Counted from the first letter of the stretch, positions 25,642 to 40,640 are shown. The stretch: 51,813 nucleotides of DNA from Thermoanaerobaculia bacterium (GCA_036497345.1 DASXJP010000193.1:1-51813); one strand, 5' to 3'. Made by a program: numbers and translations. The notes: generated by a model not told the origin, from the sequence alone.

Positions 25642-26256
25642 ATGTCACTCGGCCTAGCCTGTATCGTCGAAGGAGATGGGGATGTCGAGGCGGTCCCAAT
25701 CGCGATTCGGAGAATCATCCAGCAGATCGCTCCGGGGCTGGTCCCCCAATTTCATCCCCTTCGAGTCCCGCGGACCAAACTGGTGAAACCGGGAGAGCTG
25801 GAACGGTCCATTGAGCTCGCCGCCCGTAGGGCAGGTAGAGGCGGTGCTATTTTTGTCGTTCTGGACAGTGACGATGACTGTCCAGCGACCCTGGGGCCGG
25901 AGCTCCTCGACCGGGCCAGGAGGGCTCGCTCCGACCTCGCGATCAGTGTCGTGCTCGCGAAACGAGAGTTCGAGGCTTGGTTTCTGGCCTCCGCCAGATC
26001 CTTGCGCGGTCTTCGAGGGTTGGCTGACGATCTTGAGCCACCTCCCGATCCGGAAGCTATACGGGGTGCCAAAGAATGGCTAACAGCACGGATGCCGGAG
26101 GGACGCAGCTACGTGGAGACCCTGGATCAATCCGCGCTGGCCGCCTCCATGGATCTCCTTCAGGCGAGAGCGGCCTCCTCGTTCGACAAATTCTTCCGCG
26201 ACCTCGTGGCCATCGTCGAACAGCTCACGGCCGGTAAAGAAGACCTCCTGCGCTAG
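25642..26256 (+). CDS. DUF4276 family protein (Toprim-like putative nuclease)
   Basis: 204 aa. The ATG immediately follows the ATPase TGA. Toprim-style acidic motifs IVEGDGD and VVLDSDDD, plus the DUF4276-typical EFEAWFL. Confidence 0.72.
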   Translation: MSLGLACIVEGDGDVEAVPIAIRRIIQQIAPGLVPQFHPLRVPRTKLVKPGELERSIELAARRAGRGGAIFVVLDSDDDCPATLGPELLDRARRARSDLAISVVLAKREFEAWFLASARSLRGLRGLADDLEPPPDPEAIRGAKEWLTARMPEGRSYVETLDQSALAASMDLLQARAASSFDKFFRDLVAIVEQLTAGKEDLLR

Positions 26257-26269
26257 ACTTCCTCCCACC

Positions 26270-27406
26270 ATGAAGTACTTCGGCCAGCCCGACTTCCAAC
26301 ACGGGGAGGTACCGGCGGTAGGCGTCCTCCTGGCGAACCTGGGGACCCCCGACGCGCCGGACACGCCGTCGCTCCGCCGTTATCTGCGCGAGTTCCTGCT
26401 CGACCCGCGGGTCATCGAGATGCCGCGGGCGCTCTGGTGGCTGATCCTCCACCTGTTCGTGCTCCCCTTCCGGCCGGCCAAGTCGGCCGCGCTCTACCGG
26501 AAGGTCTGGACCCCGGAGGGCTCCCCGCTCCTCGTCATCGCCAACCGCCAGGCGGCGGCGCTCCAGCAGGTGCTGAGCCGGGAGACCGGCACGCCGATTC
26601 ACGTCGCCGTCGCCATGCGCTACGGCAACCCGTCGGTGCGGTCGGCGCTGCGCGAGCTCGCCGGTAAAGGCTGCCGGCGCGTCCTGGCGTTCCCTCTCTA
26701 CCCCCAGTACGCGGCGGTGACGACCGGCTCGACCATCGACGCCGTGGCCGCCGAGCTGATGACCTGGCGATGGGTGCCCGAGATCCGCACCATCCATCAC
26801 TACCACGACGACCCGGCCTACATCCGGGCTCTCGCGGCGAGCATCCGGGAGGTCTGGGAACGGGAGGGGCAGGCGGAGAAGCTCCTGTTCTCCTTCCACG
26901 GCATCCCGAAGCGCTACTTCCTGGCGGGCGATCCCTACTTCTGCGAGTGCCACAAGCTCGCCCGCCTGGCCGCCGCGGAGCTGGGGCTCCCCCGCGAGCG
27001 CTGGCAGGTCTCCTTCCAGTCGCTCTTCGGCAAGGAGGAGTGGCTCAAGCCCTATACCGACAAGACCATCACGGCGATGGCGAAATCCGGCATCCGCAGC
27101 CTCGACGTCGTCTGCCCCGGCTTCTCGGCCGACTGCCTGGAGACGATCGAGGAGATCGACGAGCAGAACCGCGAGATCTTCCTCCACGCCGGCGGCGAGC
27201 GCTACCGCTACATCCCCGCCCTCAACGACCGGCCGGACCACATCCGCGTCCTCGCCGACCTGGTCCACCGCAACCTTCAGGGGTGGGTGAAGACGCCCGC
27301 CGAGCGCGACGAGGAGGGGGAGCGCCTGGAGGCCGGCGAATCGCGGCGGCGGGCCGAGGTGATGCTGGCCGCGCCGGTGCTGGAAGACGCCGGCTATGGG
27401 CGCTGA
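26270..27406 (+). CDS. hemH: Ferrochelatase
   Basis: 378 aa. LLANLGTPD, RYLREFLLDPRV, FSFHGIP, SLFGKEEWLKPYT. Confidence 0.93.
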   Translation: MKYFGQPDFQHGEVPAVGVLLANLGTPDAPDTPSLRRYLREFLLDPRVIEMPRALWWLILHLFVLPFRPAKSAALYRKVWTPEGSPLLVIANRQAAALQQVLSRETGTPIHVAVAMRYGNPSVRSALRELAGKGCRRVLAFPLYPQYAAVTTGSTIDAVAAELMTWRWVPEIRTIHHYHDDPAYIRALAASIREVWEREGQAEKLLFSFHGIPKRYFLAGDPYFCECHKLARLAAAELGLPRERWQVSFQSLFGKEEWLKPYTDKTITAMAKSGIRSLDVVCPGFSADCLETIEEIDEQNREIFLHAGGERYRYIPALNDRPDHIRVLADLVHRNLQGWVKTPAERDEEGERLEAGESRRRAEVMLAAPVLEDAGYGR

Positions 27407-27460
27407 GCGCCGACTCTGGTAGATTTCAGAGTCTTGAGAGATTCCTAAGGAGGAGCCAAA

Positions 27461-28318
27461 ATGAGCACCCTTCGATTCCGCGCCGGCCTCGTCGCCGGCC
27501 TGCTGCTCGTCCTCACGGCGGGAGCCGCGCTCGCGCAGCAGCTCGACCTCCCCCGCCCGAGCCCCAACGCGTCGGTGACGCAGACGGTGGGGATCACCGA
27601 CATCACGATCAAGTACAGCCGCCCGGGCGTGAAGGGGCGGGAGGTCTGGGGCAAGCTCGTGCCCTACGGCGAGGTCTGGCGCACGGGGGCGAACGAGAAC
27701 ACCACGATCAAGTTCAGCACCCCGGTCAAGATCGAGGGGCACGAGCTGCCGGCCGGCCTCTACGGCCTGCAGACGTTCCCCGCCCAGGGGGACTGGACCG
27801 TGGTCTTCAGCAAGGACGCCAACGAGTGGGGCGCCTTCAGCTATAAGCCCGAGCACGACGCCCTGCGGGTCCAGGTCAAGCCGCAGCCGGCCCCCTTCCG
27901 CGAGCGCATGGGCTTCGACTTCGAGGACGTGACCGACACCTCGACCAAGGTCGTCCTCTCCTGGGAGAAGCTCCAGGTCCCCTTCACCATCGAGGTGGAC
28001 ACGCCGGCCCTCGTGCAGGCGAAGCTCAAGGACGCCGTCCGCTGGCAGGCGCCGTATCAGGCGGCGAATTACTGCGTCCAGAACAACACCTGCCTCGACG
28101 AGGCCTCGCGCTGGCTCGACGCCTCGATCGCGATGCAGGAGAACTACGCCAACCTCCGCGCCAAGGCGATGCTGCTCGCCAAGCGGAACGATCCCGGCGC
28201 GGCCGCCTACGCGCAGAGGGCGTTGGCCGCGGCGAAGACCGCCCAGCAGGCGCCGGACCCCCAGCAGATCAAGGATCTGGAGGGGATCGCGGCGGGCGGC
28301 GCGAAAAAGGGGAAGTAA
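27461..28318 (+). CDS. DUF2911 domain-containing secreted protein with helical C-terminal region
   Basis: 285 aa with a signal peptide. DUF2911-like ITIKYSRPGVKGREVWG..VPYGEVWRTGANE. AAGGAGG Shine-Dalgarno upstream. Confidence 0.75.
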   Translation: MSTLRFRAGLVAGLLLVLTAGAALAQQLDLPRPSPNASVTQTVGITDITIKYSRPGVKGREVWGKLVPYGEVWRTGANENTTIKFSTPVKIEGHELPAGLYGLQTFPAQGDWTVVFSKDANEWGAFSYKPEHDALRVQVKPQPAPFRERMGFDFEDVTDTSTKVVLSWEKLQVPFTIEVDTPALVQAKLKDAVRWQAPYQAANYCVQNNTCLDEASRWLDASIAMQENYANLRAKAMLLAKRNDPGAAAYAQRALAAAKTAQQAPDPQQIKDLEGIAAGGAKKGK

Positions 28319-28321
28319 GGT

Positions 28322-29005
28322 TTATGCGCTGACCGTGGCCGCCCGCTCGGCGAGCCAGGTCCCCAGGTCCACCACCTGATCCAGGCAGGCGAGGGGCTCC
28401 AGACGCAGGAGCTCCTCGCGGTCGTGCCCGCCGGAGCAGACGCCGACCGCGTGCGTCCGCGCGCTCCGCGCCATCTCCAGGTCGTAGGTGGTGTCGCCGA
28501 TCATTACCGCCTCGCGCGGCGAGACCCCCAATTCATCAAGGATGTCGAGCAGCATCTGGGGGTGGGGCTTCGAGAAGGCCTCGTCGGCGGTGCGGGTGGC
28601 CTGGAAGACCTCCCGCAGGCCGGTCTGCTCAAGGGCGTAGTCGAGACCGCGGCGGCTCTTGCCGGTCGCCACCGCCAGCAGGTATCCCTCGTTCGACAGA
28701 TCCCGCAACATCTCGTCCACCCCGTCGAAGAGCAGCGGCATGTCGCGGTAGGTGGTGTGCCAGTGCTTCCGGTACCCCTCCAGGATTTTGCCGTAGAGCG
28801 CGTCGTCGCAGCCGGGGCTCAGGGTCTCGACGGTCTCGCGCAGCCCGAGGCCGACCGTGCCGCGGATGATCTCCTCGGGCAGCTCGCCCAGCTCCAGCTC
28901 GCGGATCGTCGCCTGGGCGCAGGCCACGATGGGGCCGATGGAGTCCATCAGCGTCCCGTCCCAATCGAAGACGAGCAGGCGGAAGTGGTTTGCGTCGAGC
29001 GGCAT
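28322..29005 (-). CDS. HAD-superfamily hydrolase (phosphoglycolate phosphatase-like)
   Basis: Motif I FDWDGTLMDS and motif IV MIGDTTYD. I prefer the start at ATG 29005 (227 aa); the ORF extends to 29065. Confidence 0.8.
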   Translation of the reverse strand: MPLDANHFRLLVFDWDGTLMDSIGPIVACAQATIRELELGELPEEIIRGTVGLGLRETVETLSPGCDDALYGKILEGYRKHWHTTYRDMPLLFDGVDEMLRDLSNEGYLLAVATGKSRRGLDYALEQTGLREVFQATRTADEAFSKPHPQMLLDILDELGVSPREAVMIGDTTYDLEMARSARTHAVGVCSGGHDREELLRLEPLACLDQVVDLGTWLAERAATVSA

Positions 29006-29073
29006 CGTTGAGGGCCGGGGTGCGTCCGGATGGCCGATGATGACAGACGGGGGCCGATCGTTCAACCTTCGGA

Positions 29074-30129
29074 TCAGCTTTCAATATCCGGGCCGAACGG
29101 CGTATAGACCGCGCCGCCCACCACCGAATCGTCGAGCCCCGGGGCGAAGCCCGGGGATTGCGGCATGACGATCCGCCGCTCCACCCAGGTGCCCGGGGGG
29201 ACCGAGGCGCCGAAGCCCACGATCGTCTCGCGCACCACGCACCCCTTACCGATTCGCGCGCCCGGCAGCAGCACCGCCCTCTCGATCCGCGCCCCTTCTC
29301 CCACTTTCACCCCCGGCTCGATCGCCGACCGCCGCACCTTCGCTCCCGCCTCCAGGCTCGCCTCGGGGGAGATCCACGACCGCCGCCAGAGCCGCTCCGG
29401 CCAGTCCGCCCGCGCCCGGTCGAGCACGCCGTCGAGGAAGCGCTGCGGCGTCCCCATGTCGTGCCAGAGCCCGCCGTCCACCACCGAATCGATCACCGCT
29501 CCCTCGGCCAGCATCGGGATGTAGAGGTCGCGCACGATGTCGGATTTCCCCGGACCCACGCGATCAAGAAGATCCGGGGAGAAGACGTGCGCGCCGGCGA
29601 AGACGTAGCGCCGCGCCACCTCCCCTCGTTCCGGATCGCCGGACCGGAAGGAGAGGATGCGGCCGGCGCGGTCGATCCCCACGCCGCCGCCGAACCGCGC
29701 CGGGTCCGGCCGCGAGGTGAGGAGAAGAGTCGAACGGGCGCCGCTGGCGAGGTGCTTGCGGATCAGCTTGCGGAAGGGCCACTCGCAGAGACTGTCGCCG
29801 TTGACGAGCAGCACCAGCTCGGCGGGGGCGAGGAATTCCTTCAACGGATGGAGGGCGCCCAGGGTGCCCAGGATCTCCGGCTCCTCCGACCAGGTGAGCG
29901 GCATTCCCGCATGGGAGTCGCCGAAGCGCTGGCGGATCTGATCCCCCAGATAGTGGAGGTTCACCGCCACGGCCTCGCAGCCGACGGCGGCGAGCCGCGC
30001 CAGGGTGTGCCCGAGGATGGGCACGCCGCGCACCGGCAGCAGCGGCTTCGGGGTGAGGTCGGTCAGCGGGCGGAGCCGCGTGCCCAGCCCCGCCGCCAGC
30101 ACCACCGCACGGATCCGCCTACCCTGCAT
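29074..30129 (-). CDS. Sugar-phosphate nucleotidyltransferase with C-terminal left-handed beta-helix
   Basis: 351 aa. VLAAGLGTRLRPLT..PKPLLPV, and a hexapeptide-repeat-like C-terminus. Confidence 0.8.
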   Translation of the reverse strand: MQGRRIRAVVLAAGLGTRLRPLTDLTPKPLLPVRGVPILGHTLARLAAVGCEAVAVNLHYLGDQIRQRFGDSHAGMPLTWSEEPEILGTLGALHPLKEFLAPAELVLLVNGDSLCEWPFRKLIRKHLASGARSTLLLTSRPDPARFGGGVGIDRAGRILSFRSGDPERGEVARRYVFAGAHVFSPDLLDRVGPGKSDIVRDLYIPMLAEGAVIDSVVDGGLWHDMGTPQRFLDGVLDRARADWPERLWRRSWISPEASLEAGAKVRRSAIEPGVKVGEGARIERAVLLPGARIGKGCVVRETIVGFGASVPPGTWVERRIVMPQSPGFAPGLDDSVVGGAVYTPFGPDIES

Positions 30130-30151
30130 CGCGCATCGTGAGATTCGGAGC

Positions 30152-30703
30152 CTAGCGGAACACCATCTCGGGAGGGGCGTCCGGATGCTGCTTGAGGTAA
30201 TCCTGGTAGAGGCGCAGGTAGGAGCGGCGCTCCGACTTCGCCGGATCGAAGCCGCAGCGCTTGGCCACGGTCTCGGCGCCGTCCCCCTCGAACTCGGCGA
30301 AGTCGCCGATGGGCGTGTGGTCGAGCGCGATGGTGACGCCGCCGAGCTGCCACTCCTCCCGCATCTTTTGGTAACGGCGCACCACGGTGAAACCGAGGTT
30401 CGCGAACAGGGCCATCGCCTCCTCGGCGCTCTGCACCTCGATCTCGCGCTCCTCGCGCACCTTGATGTTCCCCTCGAGCCGCATCGGCCCCTTGAAGGTC
30501 AGCCGGGCCCGGGCGCCGTCGGTGCGCAGCCGCAGGATGCGGCCGGAATCCAGCAGCTCCTGCTCGCGGTCGAGGATCCAGTTGTCCTCGAAAGCCGAGG
30601 GCCCGACCCGCTCGGCTTCGAGCTCGATCAGGCGCTCGCGCAGCTTGTCCAGCTCCACCCGCGGGAATTTGATCTCGCGCTCGAAATTGTCCTTGCTCCT
30701 CAT
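30152..30703 (-). CDS. CYTH-domain protein / class IV adenylate cyclase (CyaB-like)
   Basis: 183 aa with the ExExK motif EREIKF near the N-terminus and alternating acidic/basic strands. Confidence 0.85.
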   Translation of the reverse strand: MRSKDNFEREIKFPRVELDKLRERLIELEAERVGPSAFEDNWILDREQELLDSGRILRLRTDGARARLTFKGPMRLEGNIKVREEREIEVQSAEEAMALFANLGFTVVRRYQKMREEWQLGGVTIALDHTPIGDFAEFEGDGAETVAKRCGFDPAKSERRSYLRLYQDYLKQHPDAPPEMVFR

Positions 30704-32082
30704 AGACTGCTCAGACGATCCAGCAACCGTGCGACGGAGCGGATACCGTTGTAGAAGTGACTGATATTGAATTTCTCATTGGGCGAATGCAGGCCGTCGT
30801 CGTTGAGGCCGAAGCCCAGCAACAGCACCGGGCACTGGAGGACCGAGGCGAAGGTCGAGACGATGGGGATCGAGCCCCCCTCGCGAATCCGCACCGGCCG
30901 CGCGCCCCAGATCTCTTCCATGGCGTCGAGAGCGGCGTCGACGATCGGGCCCTTCACCTCGACCACCACCGGATCGGCGCCGTGAAGGTTGGTCACCTCG
31001 ACCCTCACCCCCTCCTGGGCGACCGAGTGGACATAATCGGTGAACAGGCTGGCGATCTTCTTCGGGTCCTGGTCCGGCACCAGGCGCATCGATACCTTGG
31101 CGCCGCCCCAGGAGGGGAGCACCGTCTTCGCCCCCTTCCCCATGTAGCCGCCGAAGATGCCGTTGACATCGCACGTCGGCCGCGCCCAGGTGCGCTCGCG
31201 CGTGGTGTACCCCTCCTCGCCGAACAGCTTGGGGACGCCCAGCTCGGACCGGTAGGCGGCCTCGTCCCACGGGAGCTTGGCGAACTCCTCGCGCTCCCAG
31301 GCCTCCAGCGGCCGCACGTCATCATAGAAGCCGGGGATCAGGATCTTGCCCGTCTCCGCGTCGCGCAGACGGTCGACGATGTGGCAGAGGGCGTTGAGCG
31401 GGTTCCAGACCGCGCCGCCGAAGGTGCCGGAATGGAGATCCCGGTTGGGGCCGGTGACCTTGATCTCCATGTAGCACAGACCCTTGAGGCCGTAGATCAG
31501 CGACGGCTGCCCGGGCGCGAAGAGCGACGAGTCGGAGATCACCACGCAGTCGGCCGCGAGGCGCCGGCCGCCGTCCTGGCGGACGTACTCGTCGATCGCC
31601 TGCCCCCCCGCCTCCTCCTCCCCCTCGACCAGGAACTTGACGTTGACCGGCAGGCTCCCCCGCTCGGCCAGCATCGCCGCCACGGCCTTGAGGTGGGCGT
31701 AGGACTGCCCCTTGTCGTCCGTGGCGCCGCGCGCCACCAGCTTGTCCCCCTCCTCCGTGGGCTCGAACGGCGGGTTGCGCCAGAGCTCTATCGGGTCGAC
31801 CGGCTGCACGTCGTAGTGCCCGTAGAAGAGGACCGTGGGCTTGCCCGGCGCGCCGAGCCACTCCCCGTACACCAGCGGATGGCCGGCGGTGTCGATCCGC
31901 TCCGCCTGGAGCCCCGCCTCGCGCATCTTGCCCACCAGGAAGTCGCCCGCGCGCAACACCTCGGGCTTGTAGTCCGGATCGGTCGAGATCGAGGGGATGC
32001 GGATGTAGTCCTTCAGCTCCTCGAGGTACCTCTCCTTCTCCGTGTCGATGCGGGCGAGCACGTCCCGCGAGTCGCTAGCCAT
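30700..32082 (-). CDS. M20-family dipeptidase
   Basis: 460 aa. FYGHYDVQP, ARGATDDKG, VEGEEEAGG. Confidence 0.88.
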   Translation of the reverse strand: MASDSRDVLARIDTEKERYLEELKDYIRIPSISTDPDYKPEVLRAGDFLVGKMREAGLQAERIDTAGHPLVYGEWLGAPGKPTVLFYGHYDVQPVDPIELWRNPPFEPTEEGDKLVARGATDDKGQSYAHLKAVAAMLAERGSLPVNVKFLVEGEEEAGGQAIDEYVRQDGGRRLAADCVVISDSSLFAPGQPSLIYGLKGLCYMEIKVTGPNRDLHSGTFGGAVWNPLNALCHIVDRLRDAETGKILIPGFYDDVRPLEAWEREEFAKLPWDEAAYRSELGVPKLFGEEGYTTRERTWARPTCDVNGIFGGYMGKGAKTVLPSWGGAKVSMRLVPDQDPKKIASLFTDYVHSVAQEGVRVEVTNLHGADPVVVEVKGPIVDAALDAMEEIWGARPVRIREGGSIPIVSTFASVLQCPVLLLGFGLNDDGLHSPNEKFNISHFYNGIRSVARLLDRLSSL

Positions 32083-32692
32083 TCTTCGAGCTCTCCTTTT
32101 CGTCGCAGGCTTCGGCCCGCGGCAGTCTAACAGAGTCCCTCGCCAGGCGCCGGAGGTTCACGGCGTTGACCAGGAAGTGCCCGGCCACCGGCCCCAGCAG
32201 ATTGCCGCGCCAGGCCATGATGCCGCCGAACAGCGCGCCGGCCAGCACCGCGAACAGCGTCCAGAGCCGGAACGCCTTGCCCGGCCCGCTGTGCAGCAGG
32301 CCGAACAGGACCGTGGCCGCCCCCCAGCCGAGCGCCCCCTGGACGGCGCCGCGGAAGAACAGCTCCTCGGCGAAGCCGGAGAGCAGGGCGAGCGCCACCG
32401 CCTCCGAAGAGGTGATCGGCCCCAGCGCCTCGCCGAGCCGCGCCTCCAGCTCCTTCGCCAGAGGAAAGGTGCGCTCGGCCCCCCACCACGCGCCCAGGAG
32501 CAGCAATCCCGCCGCCAGCCCCACGCCCAGATCGATCCACCAGCCGGCACGATCGACGAACAGCGACAGCGGGATCACCCCGAGACGGAGGCCGAGCCAG
32601 AGCGCTCCGCCCAGGGCCAACACCAGGTAGAGCCCCCAGGCGAAACGGTAGAGGCGCCCCGGCCCGAGGGGGGTGATAGACGACGGCTCCAA
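32075..32692 (-). CDS. CPBP-family intramembrane metalloprotease (CAAX protease-like)
   Basis: 205 aa, multi-TM. AEELFFRG and HFLVNA motifs. Confidence 0.8.
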   Translation of the reverse strand: MEPSSITPLGPGRLYRFAWGLYLVLALGGALWLGLRLGVIPLSLFVDRAGWWIDLGVGLAAGLLLLGAWWGAERTFPLAKELEARLGEALGPITSSEAVALALLSGFAEELFFRGAVQGALGWGAATVLFGLLHSGPGKAFRLWTLFAVLAGALFGGIMAWRGNLLGPVAGHFLVNAVNLRRLARDSVRLPRAEACDEKESSKNG

Positions 32693-32698
32693 GGAGGT

Positions 32699-33355
32699 TT
32701 ACGAATCGAAAGTCTTGCCCGTCTTCTTCCAGTCGGCGAGGAAACGGTCGAGCCCGACGTCTGTGAGCGGGTGCTTGTAGAGCTGCTCCAGCACCTTGAA
32801 CGGGATCGTGGCCACGTCCGCGCCGAGCATCGCCGCCTGCACGATGTGGACCGGATGCCGCACCGAGGCCACCAGGACCTTGGTGTCGAACTCATAGTTC
32901 TGGTAGATCGTCAAGATCTGCTCGATCAGCTCCATCCCCTCCTCGGCCACGTCGTCCAGCCGGCCCACGAAGGGGGAGATGTAGGCCGCGCCCGCCTTGG
33001 CCGCGAGCAGCGCCTGGGTGGCCGAGAAGCAGAGGGTGACGTTGGTGCGGATCCCCTCCTTCTTGAAGGTGCCCACGGCGCGCAGACCGTCCGGCGTCAG
33101 CGGCACCTTGACCACCACGTTCTCGGCCAGCCCGGCGAGCCGCCGCCCCTGCGAGAGGATCTCGTCGTACGCGGTCGCCAGCACCTCGCCCGAGACCGGG
33201 CCCGGCACCAGCTTCGCGATCGCCTGCACGGTCGGCAGATACTCCTTGCCGGCCTTGGCGATCAACGAGGGATTCGTGGTGATGCCATCGACCATGCCCC
33301 ACTGGAGGCCGGTCTCGATCTCTTTGATCTCGGCGGTATCGAGGAAGAATTGCAT
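32699..33355 (-). CDS. tal: Short-form transaldolase / fructose-6-phosphate aldolase
   Basis: 218 aa. [30 protein letters not shown]. Confidence 0.92.
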   Translation of the reverse strand: MQFFLDTAEIKEIETGLQWGMVDGITTNPSLIAKAGKEYLPTVQAIAKLVPGPVSGEVLATAYDEILSQGRRLAGLAENVVVKVPLTPDGLRAVGTFKKEGIRTNVTLCFSATQALLAAKAGAAYISPFVGRLDDVAEEGMELIEQILTIYQNYEFDTKVLVASVRHPVHIVQAAMLGADVATIPFKVLEQLYKHPLTDVGLDRFLADWKKTGKTFDS

Positions 33356-33383
33356 GAGGCGGGCCCTCCCTTTCGTCCACGGT

Positions 33384-33414
33384 CAAAAGCGTCGCGCCCC
33401 AGGCGGGGCGCGAC
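33384..33414 (-). terminator. Rho-independent terminator downstream of gyrA
   Basis: 10-bp perfect stem gtcgcgcccc/ggggcgcgac with a 4-nt loop, 30 nt after the gyrA stop. On the minus strand it is followed by GCTTTTG. Confidence 0.6.
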
Positions 33415-33444
33415 TAGATTAGCACCGGAGGGGCGGAGCGGTCC

Positions 33445-36058
<2,614 letters not shown>

Positions 36059-36069
<11 letters not shown>

Positions 36070-36595
36070 AGCCCCGCTTTATTTCGAGTGCTCGGTTTAA
36101 GTTTTCAACAGCCTTATCTATAAATTTCTTTTCAATTCCGGTTGCCGCTCTAACTTTCAGGAGATAATGCTCCATCACCTTAAAGCCCAGATGGTCTGCT
36201 ATTTCGGTCGGCCTTTGTCGGGCGAAAACCAGGGCATAGTCCTCTGGACTATGTGCGCTTGCGAGCTTCTTCCCTAATAGCGAATCTCTGTAGGGAACCC
36301 TGATATCGAGAGCCGCCTTATCAGCTCTCATCAAAGCTCGTTTGGCTTCCGCAAAGGAGGCTTCTTCCAGCTCTACTCGTTCCTGAACAACCCTTGTCAG
36401 CCATTCTTCAACCCTGGCGCGGTGAATCCGCGCTAAGAAAGATGCTCGGGCGGCAAGGTCGACTGGAAGAGAAAAAGCTTCATCTACAACCCTCTTGACG
36501 TAAACCGGTTCTTCCCAAGCGGAATCGTCTTCAGCTTGACTAATTACCACGTCATCGATTTCGTCCCTGGAAAGCGCCTGTCGTTTCTTACTCAT
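36059..36595 (-). CDS. Putative antitoxin partnered with BrnT-like toxin, with extra C-terminal domain
   Basis: 178 aa from ATG 36595 (ATGA overlap with the toxin stop); the alternative ATG at 36604 gives 181 aa. The N-terminal half resembles antitoxins of DUF497 toxins (SAWEEPVYV...[16 protein letters not shown]...[14 protein letters not shown]). About 90 further residues are of unknown fold. Low GC. Its stop overlaps the gyrA start by 11 nt. Confidence 0.55.
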
Positions 36596-36843
36596 AGAGG
36601 CCATCCCGTGATGATACGGACAACGTCGTTCGTCTTGAGTTGGAAGATGATCTTCAAGAGGCGGCCACCAAAAGTCCGTCCGACCAGTTGATATCGGTCT
36701 TTATAGTCCTTGTTCCTGCGGACGTAGAAGTCCGAAAGGAAAGATTCGACGGCCTCTTCGAAGGTAACTCCGTGTACGGCGAGCTTGTCGCGATCGAAGT
36801 CATACTCGAAATCTGCAGGTTGAAACCGGCTCCAGTCAACCAC
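36592..36843 (-). CDS. brnT: BrnT-family (DUF497) ribonuclease toxin
   Basis: 83 aa. FEYDFDRDKLAVHGVTFEEAVESF...RYQLVGRTFGGRLLKIIF...VRIITGW matches the DUF497 pattern. Low GC. Confidence 0.78.
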   Translation of the reverse strand: MVDWSRFQPADFEYDFDRDKLAVHGVTFEEAVESFLSDFYVRRNKDYKDRYQLVGRTFGGRLLKIIFQLKTNDVVRIITGWPL

Positions 36844-36861
36844 AAGCTCGCCTTATCACCC

Positions 36862-39402
<2,541 letters not shown>

Positions 39403-39531
39403 TTAGCGCTGAAAATTCAACAGCTTAGACTCCAAATTCGGCGGGATTCCAGGGATCTGGAAAACGGGCCCCGGACACTATTTCAACAAGAAAAGGAGAG
39501 CAGAAGATTCCCGGAAGCGGATTTCCGGTTT

Positions 39532-40614
39532 TCACTCCGAGAGGAGCCGGATCTCCCCCCGTTCCATCTCCCAGATCGTCCCCACGTCGAGGGTGAGCCA
39601 GACCTGGGGACGGTTGGAGGTGGCGAAGAGCTGGGCGGCGCCGCGGAAGACCCCCCAGACGGCGGCCACGGTAGGCGGGGCGAGCTCGGCGTCCATGTCG
39701 TCCAGGAGGTAGAGCGGGGGCCTCCCGGTCTCCTCCATCACTCTGCCGTGGGCGGCGAGGAGCATGAGCGAGAGGGACTTGCGCTCGCCGGCCGAGGCCA
39801 CGCGGCGGATCTCGTGGCCTCCCCAGAGGATCTCGAGCTCGTCGCGATGGGGGCCGAGGAGGGGCGTCTGGCGGCGGCGCTCGCGGTCGGCGATGCGGTC
39901 GAGGGCGTCGGCGATCACCTCCGCCCCTTCGAGGCCGTTGGTGGGGGAGGGGCGGTAGTGGAGCTCGATGGGCGGAAAGGGGAGCCCGGAGGCCTCGATC
40001 ACCTTCACCAGCTCGACTTTCACCAGCTCGACGTAGCGGTGGCGCTGGGCGATGACGTCCGCCGCCGTGGCGGCCAGCAGCTCGTTCCAGATCTCGATGC
40101 CGACGCCGTCCGAGAGCAGGAGCCCCCTTTTCTGCCGCAGGGCCTCGCGGTAGCGGCCGAGCACCTCCAGGGCGGCGGGGCGGATTCCCACCACCCCGCG
40201 GTCCATGAAGCGCCGGCGCGCCTTGGGGGCTCCCACCAGCACCTCGGCCTCGGCGGCGGCCGTCCAGGCGACCACCGGGAGCACGGCCAGGTGCTCGGCG
40301 AGCGGCGTTATTTTTCCGTTCAGAGCCCGGATCCTCTGGCCGTCCATCCAGCCCACCTCCAGGGTGGAGCGGCGATCGGTCTCGATCTCCCCTCGAATGT
40401 GGAAGGAGCCGGCGCCATGGCGCGCGCAGTCGCCGATCTGGGCGGCGCGGAAGCTGCGGGTGGTGGCGAGGACGTGGACGGCCTCCAGAAGGCTCGTCTT
40501 GCCGGCGCCGTTGCCGCCCAGCAGGAGGTGCGACCCGCGAGCGGGAGCCCAGGCGAGGGGCTCCAGGTTGCGGAAGTCGCGGGCGGCGAGGTGGGTCAGC
40601 ATCGCGGGGATCAT
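39532..40614 (-). CDS. recF: DNA replication/repair protein RecF
   Basis: 360 aa. FRNL..., Walker A GGNGAGKTSLLEA, signature-like SAGERKSL, Walker B LYLLDDMDAEL. Confidence 0.93.
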   Translation of the reverse strand: MIPAMLTHLAARDFRNLEPLAWAPARGSHLLLGGNGAGKTSLLEAVHVLATTRSFRAAQIGDCARHGAGSFHIRGEIETDRRSTLEVGWMDGQRIRALNGKITPLAEHLAVLPVVAWTAAAEAEVLVGAPKARRRFMDRGVVGIRPAALEVLGRYREALRQKRGLLLSDGVGIEIWNELLAATAADVIAQRHRYVELVKVELVKVIEASGLPFPPIELHYRPSPTNGLEGAEVIADALDRIADRERRRQTPLLGPHRDELEILWGGHEIRRVASAGERKSLSLMLLAAHGRVMEETGRPPLYLLDDMDAELAPPTVAAVWGVFRGAAQLFATSNRPQVWLTLDVGTIWEMERGEIRLLSE

Positions 40615-40640
40615 GCCGCATCCCCGCGATCGGGGCTACC

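Noticed and set aside
27412-27433. 7-bp hairpin gactctg-(8 nt)-cagagtc after hemH, considered as a terminator.
   Set aside because: Short stem and no proper T-run. It may be real, but it is indistinguishable from chance by eye.
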